From an uncultured Gammaproteobacteria bacterium (lineage in GTDB: Bacteria > Patescibacteriota > Patescibacteriia > Magasanikbacterales > GWA2-37-8), in contig CAZINT010000003.1 in assembly GCA_964540825.1 (NCBI GenBank), positions 19,250 to 83,249 of the forward strand: a stretch of 64,000 nt of DNA, given 5' to 3'. Below, in pieces: positions 36,501 through 45,237 of the stretch. Each line of letters starts with the position of its first letter. Positions within the stretch are counted from its first letter, which is position 1. The translations under genes were made by a program, and so were the position numbers. The notes under the pieces are model-generated. The model made no database searches, was not told where the DNA came from, and saw nothing but the letters and a program-made list of their open reading frames with translations.

Positions 36501-39500
36501 CACAATTAACGTTGCCGCAAGGAACTGTTTTTACTAAACGCCAATCTGGTGAACTATTCTTGGTACTGACATTAACCTGCGATAATTCTTCCGGCGGGAA
36601 GATGCCGGCAATCGAATAACCGGAAAAGTCCATTCCTTTCCAACTGATATCACGCTTGGTATAAAGCTCGGAATCCAAGACTTGGTTGCTATATTCATAA
36701 TCTGTATCAACCCAGTTCGCGCAGTTGGTTAAGTCGCCCTGCGATGGGTTATCCGGGGTAGCGTTGCAGCGGCCAATATCATCACAAATATTTTTCCACT
36801 TATTGGTTTTAATATCCCAAACTCGATGGGACGAACGGCACTGGAGCCATTCACCACAGCTGCGATCACGCGCTACTTTAATAAGGATATTAGCATCATT
36901 TTGGTTGGCGCCGGTTGCTGCTATCGGCTGTACACCATTAATATTCTCAAGCTTATTGCCGGCAGCATAGGTAGCTTCACTCGACCAGAACTTGGTCGGA
37001 TTACTTGTTTCATTAAAGAGTACGCAACCCTTTTTCTGATCTACCAAACCATCACAATCATCGCTCGAAATTTTTTGATTTTTTAAATAATAATACGGAT
37101 GATTATTATCGTTAGGATCAACAAACTCCGTACACTGATTTTGGGCTGCAGGGCACTCACCGACAAAATTTTGATATCGCGATCCATCCCCAGCAGACCA
37201 GAGGCCATAGCTTGAGCCTTCTTGAATATAATTTGGATAGCACGGCTGACTGCCAATATTCTGACAAGTTGCAGTGCCGCCGCAGTCGGCATTGGCTGTA
37301 CAGAATTTGCCGGCATTATTACTGCAAACACCGGTATTCTTCCAAAACCAACCGTTTGATTTATTACCGTTAACCGTAACGCCCGTCTGATACGTGCAAA
37401 TTTTTTGTCCGGTAATAAGCGGATCTTTGAAGTATGAGCTGCCAGCTGAACTCGTAAACGCCGAGCAGCCTACCGATTCTTTTTGACAGAGCGTATTTGT
37501 ATATGCAGCCGGATCATTCTTAACGAGCGTGGTCGTATACTGCATTCCACCCGGAGTTGCTTTTTGCACGCCTGCAAAGGTACAACCTAAATCGGCCACA
37601 TTACATGAAGCTGCTTGGTTGGCAACCAGATACACAGGCGTTGTGGTAGGAGTATCTGACGGTATATAGACAGTTGAATTGACAAACGAACCAGCGCCGG
37701 CAGCTTGAATAATTTCGGCCGCTGTATGACCTACAGCGTTTACGTAACAACCTTGCTGTCCAACCGGGATTTGACAGGAAACCGTGTCGCTGCCAATGGT
37801 AACTTGCACTTTTGTGCCGCCCGTACCGCTAAGCCAGATATTATACGCTTTAGGGCCTGGGTCAGTTGGAGTATTTTTGGTGTCAAACAACGCCGTACAG
37901 CCAATTGCTCCTTCGCGACAAAGATAATTAAAACCGGTAAGGTTAAACACTTTATTACTTGGATCCTTATACTGCATACACCCGAGTGCCTCACCAGGCA
38001 GATTGTCGTTTACATTACTATCACAGACAGCATCTACTTTAAGGGTGTTTTTTACTAAATAGACGTAGCCGGTTACTTCAACTAAGCGAATATTATCAAG
38101 ATATACTTTGGAAGCACCGTCATTTTTAAAGACTAAAGCACCGCTCGGGTCAGCCCCGGCATACTCAATCGGTCCAACGTGATATTGATTCCAGGTATCA
38201 CCGATACCAACCGTGCCCAAATCTTTGGAGTTGGTTCCGTCAGCGCTGGCCAAACTTACCGTTAACGACTGACTATCTCCCTTAGCCCAAAAAGTCAGAT
38301 CGTAACTCTTGTTCGTCGTAAGGCCAACACTCCGAATAAGCGTGTTGCTTCCTGAAAAACCTAAGGAATGTTCACCGGCATGAGTTGATTCATTTGAAAT
38401 TTGTACACTGGAAGGTTTCCAGGCAGCGAGCGCAGCGACACCGTTTTCAAACCTATCATTGACAACTTCACGGACATTGTTGCCCGCATTTCCTTTGTAA
38501 GCCCGGCAGGTATTCGCTCTTGCCTGGCACGATTTGCTGGTGCCTGCAGTGTTATCGACGCCATTTGGTAAGCCGTAGTAGAAACATGAACCATTCTTAT
38601 ACTCACCACCCTGGAGACAAACCTGGCACTGGTTATTGTTCCAAAAACCTTTTTTGGCATCACAGGTAGTTTGATCGTACGTTGTAGGAACCAGTTCGCT
38701 GTTATTTAAGCGGTAGGGAGTACAAGCATTGGTAACAGGAATTGTTTTTGAAAGCAACCGATAATAAACTGCGCCGGCATCATCATTAAACTGCCGGCAG
38801 TCCGCATCTGCCTGGCCTGCTTTATAGGCAGTTTCGTTACAAATTTTATCGTAAGCAGCTGCGTCACTTTGGGTCCGATAAAAATATTTCGGTCCACCCG
38901 TCTCGTCTTTAGCCAATGTATACACCTTCAATTGATAGCCGCCAACCGTAGAGCCTTCGTAGGTAATAAAATTCTTTTGAACATTCACGTCAGGCGTGGC
39001 ACAGGGGCGAAGATACGAATAATATTCAACATTCTCAACTTGGCCAAGCGCAGTACTGAGGTTGGTAAAGCTGCTGCACCCCTCTTCTTGAGCTGTACAA
39101 GTTGAACCTGAAGCCGGAATAATATAGGCAACATCTTGCCCGGTTGAATAGTTACTTGGCATTTCGCGATATCCGGCGTAACCAACACATTTAGCGTCAC
39201 ACTGATCGTTCCAGACAATTTGGTTGTCGATAACTTCCGCAGCCTTAAAGCGGCCTGGGATACGCGTACCGCCGTTGGCTGGCGCATACCAGTTACAGCT
39301 TACTTCATCAGGAATACAAGCGCCGGCATACTTGCTGCATTCGGCTCGCGGTGCAAGGCGGGCAAGATCAGCAGTAGTTTCGGGATAATCAACTTTTTTA
39401 GTTGCCGGATCACTATCATAACAGCCTAAATAGTCAGGGGCCTTTTTTAAATAAAGATTACTTGAACTATTTGATGCCAATTGAAACGCGGAGCAGCCTG

Positions 39501-41463
39501 CTGAATTAGCACTGCAGCTCGTTGAAACTTGGTTATTAAAATAAACACCATTATTCACATACCCTGCCCCAGCATCAGGGCCGGTTACATCTTGCCAATT
39601 TCCTTGGGCGTCTTGTGAAAGACTATAGGCAGTACAGCCAACAGTATCTTTAGTACAAGAATTAGTATCAAGACTGCGGGCAACATACGCGCGCTGTGCA
39701 CCGGCTGTATCGGTATATGACTGACAGGTGCGGAATTGGGCGTCACAACTATCAGCGGCAAAATTCCAGCTATTTTTTTCACGCGTACAATACCCATAGT
39801 TACTGCAGCTGCCGTCTTTGTTGTAGGCCACACAGCTTGTGAGATCAACACAATCTTCTAAACGATCCGGTGCGTCGCTGCTGAGAAGATTTGCGCCATA
39901 CCCAAGCGCACTACAACGAGCTGCCGGAGCTTTAATTACCCAATTCGGATCAATAAGGTGGCAAAATGGTTTACTAATCGGGTCATAGTTGACGCCAACG
40001 ATAGCACCAGAAGCATCGGTAATATAATTACAATCATTAAAGCCCTTTACAACCGTCCCCAGTGTCCAGGGGTTATCCGGATCACTCTGACTCGCAGCAA
40101 GCTCAAAACCAAGCGGTAAAATACGCGCCTGACGCAAAACTTTAATATTGGAATAGCAATAAGCTTTGTTGTAACAATTTATATCCGCATTATCCGCTTG
40201 TCGTGACGGTGGAATCAGTCTATAGTCGGCGTGAAGCCACCCCTTATCAAGCGCGTCTTGGATGGTTGTCGGGTTTCCGTTTCCCACTTCTTGAGCGGCC
40301 TGAACCAGACCGCTATCAGCACGGCAGTTATACAGTCCGGGGGCGGTTGGACAGTTATTTAATTGGCTTAAAATATTATATTGATCGACGGCGCTCGTGT
40401 TAACAGTCAAAAAACCGTTAAAGAGCTGTTCGGCCTGACGGCGGCCACCCGATGTACCGCTGTCAGCGTAATTTCCGACTGCATTACTTAACTGGTTACA
40501 CGCGTCACCCCCCGCACCGCCAATACACAGTCCAAACGGCAAAATACCTTTCTGTTGAAAGTTTTTAAGAACCGTACCTGACAAAGTGGTTAAGAAAAAG
40601 TTGGCCAATGCCCCAGGAAGATTTTTGTAGTTACCCGAATTAATAGCGGCCGTGATTTGATCGCCGCTTTTATCAATTTGTTTTGAATTGCCAGTTGCTT
40701 TAAATTCTTCTCCAAGGACTGCGGCCGGAGTTTGAATATCGCCTGAAATAGTTGTTTTTTTATCAATAAAACCTTGGTTAGCGATACGTTCCGAGTTGGC
40801 AGCATTGACCGCATTCGCCGTACGTTCGTTCAGTTTAGCTGTGGCTGCTAGCTGAATACCAAGACCGGTCTGATCAACCTGAAAAGCGGTATTAAACTGT
40901 TGTTCAATAGATCCGGCAGCGGCCGTAAACTTACTTCTCCAGGCGTCAGCACTCCAATTCTTTTGAAAATCAGTAAACGTACAAGCAGGTTTACTGGTAG
41001 GATCGCTCGTGCCCCCACCCAAATTAACTCTAAGTCCAACCTTCATCGCTAAATCAAGTTTGGGGTCAGGAATACTGCATAAGTTAAAACCGGCACCTTT
41101 ACTTAATTCTTCAATACCGTGACCAAGCGCATCATTACCGACATTTTTGAGATAATCACCAAAACTCTTGGTCTGCGCAAAAGCGCTCTGACCTTTACCG
41201 CCACTCGCGAGCCACACCGCCGAGTCATAGGCAACTTTTCGAAGGACGTACGAAACTACCGTGCTGGCTGCTGCCTGCACCGCTACTTTTAACCCCTCTA
41301 AAATTTCATCCTTGATCTTGAAGGCATTTTCAATTGGATTTGCTGTAATGACAACCGGGATGGTTGCTTTGGCTGGCGCCGGAAAGCCAAATGAACCTAC
41401 CACACTTACAAAAGCGACCACGGCAAGCATGCCGACCAAACTCATTTTTTTAAATAGAGACAT
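33535..41463 (-). CDS. Giant (2642 aa) secreted Cys-rich surface protein with an internal CBM/jelly-roll-like domain. Putative adhesin.
   Basis: Signal peptide MSLFKKMSLVGMLAVVAFVSVVGSFGFPAPAKA. Well over 100 Cys in CxxxC, CxC and GxC contexts, with G/N/T/S-rich composition. A CBM-like beta-sandwich segment at about 38060-38440: AAWKPSSVQISNESTHAGEHSLGFSG...YDLTFWAKG...YLDNIRLVEV. No TM or sortase motif. Confidence 0.8.
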   Translation of the reverse strand: MSLFKKMSLVGMLAVVAFVSVVGSFGFPAPAKATIPVVITANPIENAFKIKDEILEGLKVAVQAAASTVVSYVLRKVAYDSAVWLASGGKGQSAFAQTKSFGDYLKNVGNDALGHGIEELSKGAGFNLCSIPDPKLDLAMKVGLRVNLGGGTSDPTSKPACTFTDFQKNWSADAWRSKFTAAAGSIEQQFNTAFQVDQTGLGIQLAATAKLNERTANAVNAANSERIANQGFIDKKTTISGDIQTPAAVLGEEFKATGNSKQIDKSGDQITAAINSGNYKNLPGALANFFLTTLSGTVLKNFQQKGILPFGLCIGGAGGDACNQLSNAVGNYADSGTSGGRRQAEQLFNGFLTVNTSAVDQYNILSQLNNCPTAPGLYNCRADSGLVQAAQEVGNGNPTTIQDALDKGWLHADYRLIPPSRQADNADINCYNKAYCYSNIKVLRQARILPLGFELAASQSDPDNPWTLGTVVKGFNDCNYITDASGAIVGVNYDPISKPFCHLIDPNWVIKAPAARCSALGYGANLLSSDAPDRLEDCVDLTSCVAYNKDGSCSNYGYCTREKNSWNFAADSCDAQFRTCQSYTDTAGAQRAYVARSLDTNSCTKDTVGCTAYSLSQDAQGNWQDVTGPDAGAGYVNNGVYFNNQVSTSCSANSAGCSAFQLASNSSSNLYLKKAPDYLGCYDSDPATKKVDYPETTADLARLAPRAECSKYAGACIPDEVSCNWYAPANGGTRIPGRFKAAEVIDNQIVWNDQCDAKCVGYAGYREMPSNYSTGQDVAYIIPASGSTCTAQEEGCSSFTNLSTALGQVENVEYYSYLRPCATPDVNVQKNFITYEGSTVGGYQLKVYTLAKDETGGPKYFYRTQSDAAAYDKICNETAYKAGQADADCRQFNDDAGAVYYRLLSKTIPVTNACTPYRLNNSELVPTTYDQTTCDAKKGFWNNNQCQVCLQGGEYKNGSCFYYGLPNGVDNTAGTSKSCQARANTCRAYKGNAGNNVREVVNDRFENGVAALAAWKPSSVQISNESTHAGEHSLGFSGSNTLIRSVGLTTNKSYDLTFWAKGDSQSLTVSLASADGTNSKDLGTVGIGDTWNQYHVGPIEYAGADPSGALVFKNDGASKVYLDNIRLVEVTGYVYLVKNTLKVDAVCDSNVNDNLPGEALGCMQYKDPSNKVFNLTGFNYLCREGAIGCTALFDTKNTPTDPGPKAYNIWLSGTGGTKVQVTIGSDTVSCQIPVGQQGCYVNAVGHTAAEIIQAAGAGSFVNSTVYIPSDTPTTTPVYLVANQAASCNVADLGCTFAGVQKATPGGMQYTTTLVKNDPAAYTNTLCQKESVGCSAFTSSAGSSYFKDPLITGQKICTYQTGVTVNGNKSNGWFWKNTGVCSNNAGKFCTANADCGGTATCQNIGSQPCYPNYIQEGSSYGLWSAGDGSRYQNFVGECPAAQNQCTEFVDPNDNNHPYYYLKNQKISSDDCDGLVDQKKGCVLFNETSNPTKFWSSEATYAAGNKLENINGVQPIAATGANQNDANILIKVARDRSCGEWLQCRSSHRVWDIKTNKWKNICDDIGRCNATPDNPSQGDLTNCANWVDTDYEYSNQVLDSELYTKRDISWKGMDFSGYSIAGIFPPEELSQVNVSTKNSSPDWRLVKTVPCGNVNCADGKTKDDVACKIVDANNPVCGNGNSGTCLNGICMKNITGKASDLNTNSIRQSCRAYPEKDSPFPYTTLTNKNSFFASANFCQETKNPSSDGTQGYLCECDYTKVNFADTLTRYWNYSNPNGSVNAADRVGDTNQGVVPGGICQGGGRDGYKCDVDDDCYKTKVANGAMTAVVDAMGNKITDGVCLKQKRSYNLLGWKGFCLEQDLSRIVNGDPTKHPCLSWLPVDSLVGSVDVNNLYPEAGYNPPANSGRYFCTQASVAGGAPLVDGKPTVVVNSNLRFGTDYTYMSPGNGNFNYDNASTGGYFVRDFIAATDQERKFTKEDIERIDFRVISGDNEDPAPDSWFSIWPNDPTPNGADPDGVQAKYKLNRLKNPNNGVTSGYVVTGKYLHSSNDFLLLYGSDNGNNGGAANNGRYVDENGNICESKNGGCDVLRGNPFKESGFESLAIGGGQMWGAHTSGKVSERNGVVYGICNGRNDASGSGNWHAVNLKFNSGPQGTLIGYDVAYCDNSGGGGNIWYEVSFKLKQLCTYVEDATLHYAQTPARGDTAPWTDRLWKSSTRPNYTVSTLGYTYDTLTAPFGSLEMGLFSPPAANSPIFMSPFQTQKVCTDMNKTVCATFFADTITKNNPAINGFTVGSPYSCPRTASNPNGLCYQTTPMGDGYTMANSVASGREISDGETSLSGLFARVYGLNYFNYTATGADRIWRTTDYPTYDITETAENPVKPPVVFPLGPCNSLEQCIEDSTEPGVTVNDRSDRDVKITSKTGHVFLKFYAFADANHMPLRKISVDWGDRPAPADYSGLYRNHRGFAPAACVQVAAGKPKQCQVSELQDKSCTSDADCGAGNTCDRDAGVNRCIVKRTTEATCSTDDDCSVAPICLASNVAPSFGRILDQTCDSSYFQFDHVYQCDARTAKVYPANECGSNPELYPNGCCKFKPAVRVEDNWGWCTGTCRAGGGCYNKPAGLNECNSDKAWIKFSRDVILPVTK

Positions 41464-41487
41464 ACCAAAGCGTAGGTCAAAGAAAAA

Positions 41488-42123
41488 TTAAGGTTGAGTA
41501 CTGCTGCTAGCTGCTTTAAGGGCAGCAAAGGCGTCTGAAGTGCTGGAAGCACTCATGGCTTCAGCGACGGTACTCAGTAAATCAGCGTCAGATACTTTTT
41601 TAAGATCAGCTTCCGCTACACCCGCTTGAAGCAGCATGGCCCTGATCTGAGCCGGATCTTGGAGAGCAGCAGTGAAGGCGGCCGGAGTTAATCCTTCGGG
41701 CGGCTCTGTAGCGACTACCGGAGTTGACGAAACAACGCCAGCGGACGATGCGGTGGTTGCGTCTGAACATTCACCCTTAGGGCAAAGAGCTAAACCTTGG
41801 GCAATAACTTGCTTGTCGCTCAGGCCGTAACTAAACGTGTCGTACAGGTACGGACTTGTTCCGTATACATAGAGTTCGTCAAAATCATTCAACCCATCAT
41901 GATCAGTATCACGATATCTGAGTGCATCAGGTGTATTTATATCATTTTTTAGGGTACTTGGAATTGTGTTATTGAGCGCAAAGGGTGCGTATAAATTGTT
42001 GCGAATTTGCAAAAAACCTAACCCAACAGCCACAACAGCAAAAATGAGCAGCAAGGAAAACCCTATTTTCTGCTCTCGAGTAATAGTTCGAACGAGACCG
42101 TCACTTTGAGGCGCGTCTGGCAT
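41488..42123 (-). CDS. Membrane-anchored protein with TSP3-type Ca-binding repeats, immediately upstream of the giant gene.
   Basis: One TM helix. DTDHDGLNDFDE acidic loop. Ser/Ala-rich C-terminus. TGTGCTATACT extended -10 motif and GAGAGG Shine-Dalgarno site upstream. Confidence 0.5.
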   Translation of the reverse strand: MPDAPQSDGLVRTITREQKIGFSLLLIFAVVAVGLGFLQIRNNLYAPFALNNTIPSTLKNDINTPDALRYRDTDHDGLNDFDELYVYGTSPYLYDTFSYGLSDKQVIAQGLALCPKGECSDATTASSAGVVSSTPVVATEPPEGLTPAAFTAALQDPAQIRAMLLQAGVAEADLKKVSDADLLSTVAEAMSASSTSDAFAALKAASSSTQP

Positions 42124-42202
42124 AGGTGGCCTCTCTAATTAAAATGAAACTATACTGAGTATAGCACATTTTTTAAAACCAAGTAAGTGGATAACGCTCC
42201 GG

Positions 42203-43018
42203 CTAAACGCGTTCAGCGATTGCTCGCCAGGCTGCAATAGATAATTCTTGCGCTCTGACATTGCGATCAAGCCTGAGCTCTTCGAAAAGAGCGGCGAGCG
42301 CTGCTTTTCCTTGCTCTTTAAACACCGGAGTTAAATTTTTGAACAAAAGTTTGCGCCGATTCGCAAAACCGGCTTTAACTAAAGTAAAAAATTTCTTTTC
42401 GAACACCAAGTCTCTTGCTTCTTGGCGGGGAGTAATTTTGAGGAGCGCCGAATCAACTCCGGGAACGGGCCAAAATGAGGACCGAGGCACTTTGAGTAAA
42501 TACTCAGCATCAGCATAATACTGCACAGAAATAGCCAAAAGCGACATCTCGCCAGGCTTCGCGCAAATACGTTCGGCTACCTCGTGCTGCACCATAAAAA
42601 CCATTCTTTGGGGAAGTATTTTTGCTTCCAAAAACATACGGATAACGGGCGAGGTAATTTGATATGGAAGATTCGCAATTACGCTATACTTTTCGGGCGG
42701 CACAAACTGATGCAAGGCATTTCCCCAGACTATTTCAATATTGGGATGTTGTTTTTGCTGCTTTTTCCAATATGATTCTAATTTTTTCTCAATTTCGTAT
42801 GCAACAACCTTTCCAACTTTTTCTGAAAGCGGCAGCGTGAGCACGCCAAAACCCGGACCAATTTCAACCACAGTGTCCTCTGCCCCCACATCTTCTGCCA
42901 ACATCCGTTCAATCGGTGCCGGATCAATTAAATAATTCTGACCATAACGGCGAGAAGGGGTCAGACTGTAACTGCGGCACAGGCGTTCGAGTTCGTCGGG
43001 AGAAAGAAAATGAGGCAT
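42203..43018 (-). CDS. rsmA: 16S rRNA (adenine1518/1519-N6)-dimethyltransferase RsmA/KsgA.
   Basis: RYGQNYLID and VVEIGPGFGVLT motifs. Confidence 0.85.
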   Translation of the reverse strand: MPHFLSPDELERLCRSYSLTPSRRYGQNYLIDPAPIERMLAEDVGAEDTVVEIGPGFGVLTLPLSEKVGKVVAYEIEKKLESYWKKQQKQHPNIEIVWGNALHQFVPPEKYSVIANLPYQITSPVIRMFLEAKILPQRMVFMVQHEVAERICAKPGEMSLLAISVQYYADAEYLLKVPRSSFWPVPGVDSALLKITPRQEARDLVFEKKFFTLVKAGFANRRKLLFKNLTPVFKEQGKAALAALFEELRLDRNVRAQELSIAAWRAIAERV

Positions 43019-43019
43019 A

Positions 43020-43628
43020 TTATTCGATGCGTAAACTACCCTGCCTTAAAATTTCCATTTTTCCACCAACCACGCTTACAATCGTCGTCGGCAATTCATG
43101 GGGCAAAAGACCGGCATCAACGAGCGCATCTGGCTGATTACTTTGCCCGGCAAACATAGTTTCGATTTCTCGCGGATCATAGAGTTCCCCTGCCCCGGAA
43201 AGATTGGCAGAGGTGGCAACAACCGGGCGACCAAACCGGGCAGTGATCTCTTGCAAAAACGGAAAGCGAGTAACGCGAATCGCTACTGTGCCACCCGACG
43301 ATACGACTCCTCGGGCAAGCGGCGGAACACTAGGATCATTTTTGTATTCACCGACGATCGTAAGGGCGCCTGGCCAAAATTTTGTTGCCAAGGTTTCTAA
43401 ACAATCATTCCACAAAATGTATTCACGTGCTTTTTCTATAGTCGGCACTACAACCAGCAGGGGCTTGTCGCTCGGGCGCCCCTTGATTTTAAAAATAGCG
43501 TCGGCGGCTGCTTGATTGGTTGCATCACACCCGAGACCATAGGTTGTTTCAGTTGGAAAAATAATGGTTTTTCCCTGTGTAAGCAAGGATTGCATTGTGT
43601 CAAAATTCTTGTCGTTAAGTATTTCCAT
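43020..43628 (-). CDS. tsaC: L-threonylcarbamoyladenylate synthase TsaC/YrdC.
   Basis: IIFPTETTYGLGCDA YrdC signature. About 200 aa. Confidence 0.8.
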   Translation of the reverse strand: MEILNDKNFDTMQSLLTQGKTIIFPTETTYGLGCDATNQAAADAIFKIKGRPSDKPLLVVVPTIEKAREYILWNDCLETLATKFWPGALTIVGEYKNDPSVPPLARGVVSSGGTVAIRVTRFPFLQEITARFGRPVVATSANLSGAGELYDPREIETMFAGQSNQPDALVDAGLLPHELPTTIVSVVGGKMEILRQGSLRIE

Positions 43629-43637
43629 ATAACAATA

Positions 43638-44708
43638 CTATTGTTTCAGCCAGCGCAAATAGGCCTCAGACAGCGGCAACAAATCCCCTTCCAACACACT
43701 CTCGGGATCGGTTGATTCAAAGTCAGTGCGGTGATCTTTTACGAGATGGTACGGGTGCAAAACATACGACCGTATTTGATTCCCCCACTCGGCAGATTTG
43801 TACTCACCGCGAAGGTCCTGCCTTTCTTGCGCCAGACGCTCTTGTTCCAAACGATACAATTTGGCTTTTAAAATCTTCATTGCTGTTTCTTTGTTCTGCT
43901 GCTGTGAGCGTTCGTTCTGACACGAGACACTGATGCCGGTTGGGATGTGCACAATCCGCACCGCGGAATACGTCGTATTAACACTTTGCCCACCTTTACC
44001 GCCCGACATAAAGGTGTCAATACGTAAATCTTTAGGTTCGATGTTTATGTTTATTTCATCGTCAACTTCGGGCAGGACTTCAATAAGCGCAAACGACGTG
44101 TGGCGCATTTTTTCGGCATCAAAGGGTGATATGCGAACGAGGCGGTGCACACCATGCTCACTTTTGAGATATCCAAAAGCGTAGCGACCGGTCACTTCAA
44201 AGGTGATAGATTTGTATCCGGCCTCAGCCCCGCGCGATTCATCGATAATGCGCGTCTTGTACCCCCGCTGCTCGCAAAAGCGAAATATCATACGCAGCAG
44301 CATTTCAACCCAGTCCTGCGCTTCGGTTCCCCCGCTTCCGGCATGCATGGAGATAATGGCATTTTTACTATCGTACGGACCATTGAGGAGCAAATAAAAT
44401 TCGTAGTCGCTAAATTCCTTGTGTAATTTTTTAAATTCAGTTTCAATTTCGTGTTTAATCGAAGCGTCTTCGGAATGAGCAAGCTCCAGAAGGTCGGACA
44501 CCTTTTTGTCGAGCTCGGACCACTTCTCTACTTCGCTTTTGATATCCTGATAATCCTGACTTACCGCCTGAGCGTTTTCCGGGGTATTCCAAAAATCGGG
44601 TGCATTCATTTGCCCGGCTAACTGTCCCATTTTTGCCTTTAAATCCGTTATTTTTAAAAGGCTCATGGTTTCGTGAATTTTTTGCTGTAATTCCTTGAGT
44701 TCTTCCAT
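43638..44708 (-). CDS. prfB: Peptide chain release factor 2, single uninterrupted ORF.
   Basis: SPF tripeptide (RISPFDA) and GGQ motif. The N-terminus reads through the region where E. coli prfB has its +1 frameshift. Confidence 0.9.
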   Translation of the reverse strand: MEELKELQQKIHETMSLLKITDLKAKMGQLAGQMNAPDFWNTPENAQAVSQDYQDIKSEVEKWSELDKKVSDLLELAHSEDASIKHEIETEFKKLHKEFSDYEFYLLLNGPYDSKNAIISMHAGSGGTEAQDWVEMLLRMIFRFCEQRGYKTRIIDESRGAEAGYKSITFEVTGRYAFGYLKSEHGVHRLVRISPFDAEKMRHTSFALIEVLPEVDDEININIEPKDLRIDTFMSGGKGGQSVNTTYSAVRIVHIPTGISVSCQNERSQQQNKETAMKILKAKLYRLEQERLAQERQDLRGEYKSAEWGNQIRSYVLHPYHLVKDHRTDFESTDPESVLEGDLLPLSEAYLRWLKQ

Positions 44709-44749
44709 AAAAAGTATAAATCGTTCCCATTCTAGCTTACTTTAGATCC

Positions 44750-44778
44750 TTTGACAATTAGGTTATTTTAGGCTATGT
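44750..44778 (+). promoter_or_regulatory. Sigma70-type promoter for the small GC-rich ORF pair.
   Basis: TTGACA (44750-44755), 17-nt spacer, TATGTT (44773-44778). Confidence 0.4.
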
Positions 44779-44796
44779 TGACTTTAGGAGGCTACC

Positions 44797-44919
44797 ATGA
44801 AAAACCCGTTGTCTCGCACTATCCAGCGTTTGCCGGGGTACTTTGTGCTCGGCCTGCTGTACGCAAGAGCGTTCGTCAAAGTTTTCCTTTTCGAGCACCC
44901 CAAAAGGAGGGCGTCATAA
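44797..44919 (+). CDS. Possible 40-aa small hydrophobic protein (GC-rich islet 4).
   Basis: AGGAGG Shine-Dalgarno site 6 nt upstream. Encodes MKNPLSRTIQRLPGYFVLGLLYARAFVKVFLFEHPKRRAS. Its stop overlaps the next ATG (TAATG). Confidence 0.25.
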   Translation: MKNPLSRTIQRLPGYFVLGLLYARAFVKVFLFEHPKRRAS

Positions 44920-45158
44920 TGGCTGGCTTTACACCCATTTGGGAGGAAGCCAAGCAGCAGTGGGGTAACCACGCCCCGGGGCTCGCTCGGCTCGCAGGTG
45001 CAGGCCTCATCCACACCTGCAGGGTGGCGGTTAACCCCATCCTCCGCCTCGTGTTTCCGGAGTGCCGCTTTGATCGGAACTATACTCCGGAACAAGACTT
45101 TCCCCGCATCGCGAAGGTGCTGCGACGTGTCAGCAGGCTCGCCGGTCGATCCAAGTGA
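44919..45158 (+). CDS. Hypothetical 79-aa protein (GC-rich islet 4).
   Basis: AAGGAGG Shine-Dalgarno site. MAGFTPIWEEAKQQWGNHAPGL... The track's 127-aa version (44775 start) begins inside the -10 element and was rejected. Confidence 0.35.
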   Translation: MAGFTPIWEEAKQQWGNHAPGLARLAGAGLIHTCRVAVNPILRLVFPECRFDRNYTPEQDFPRIAKVLRRVSRLAGRSK

Positions 45159-45237
45159 CCTGCGACTCCTTCGCCCACCCCACTCGAGGACGCCTACCCA
45201 CGGCGCCCTTCTTCTTTTTTAAGCATGCATCTTTTTA

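Noticed and set aside
33535-41463. Many 60-150-aa ORFs on both strands inside the giant gene (for example 34006..34461 +, 37705..38058 +).
   Set aside because: Nested in or antisense to a single uninterrupted 7.9-kb ORF with signal peptide. No independent support.
19019-42200. Intact integrative-conjugative element inserted at tRNA-Ser.
   Set aside because: No integrase, excisionase, relaxase or coupling protein. No direct repeat of the tRNA 3' end found at the distal border. Retained only as a decayed-island hypothesis.
43638-44708. Programmed +1 frameshift in prfB.
   Set aside because: The ORF is continuous from an N-terminus homologous to full-length RF2. No internal in-frame stop or shifty CUU UGA site seen.
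44775-45158. 127-aa version of the islet-4 ORF starting at 44775.
   Set aside because: Its ATG lies inside the predicted -10 element and lacks a Shine-Dalgarno site. Two Shine-Dalgarno-led ORFs (44797 and 44919) explain the region better. Low confidence either way.
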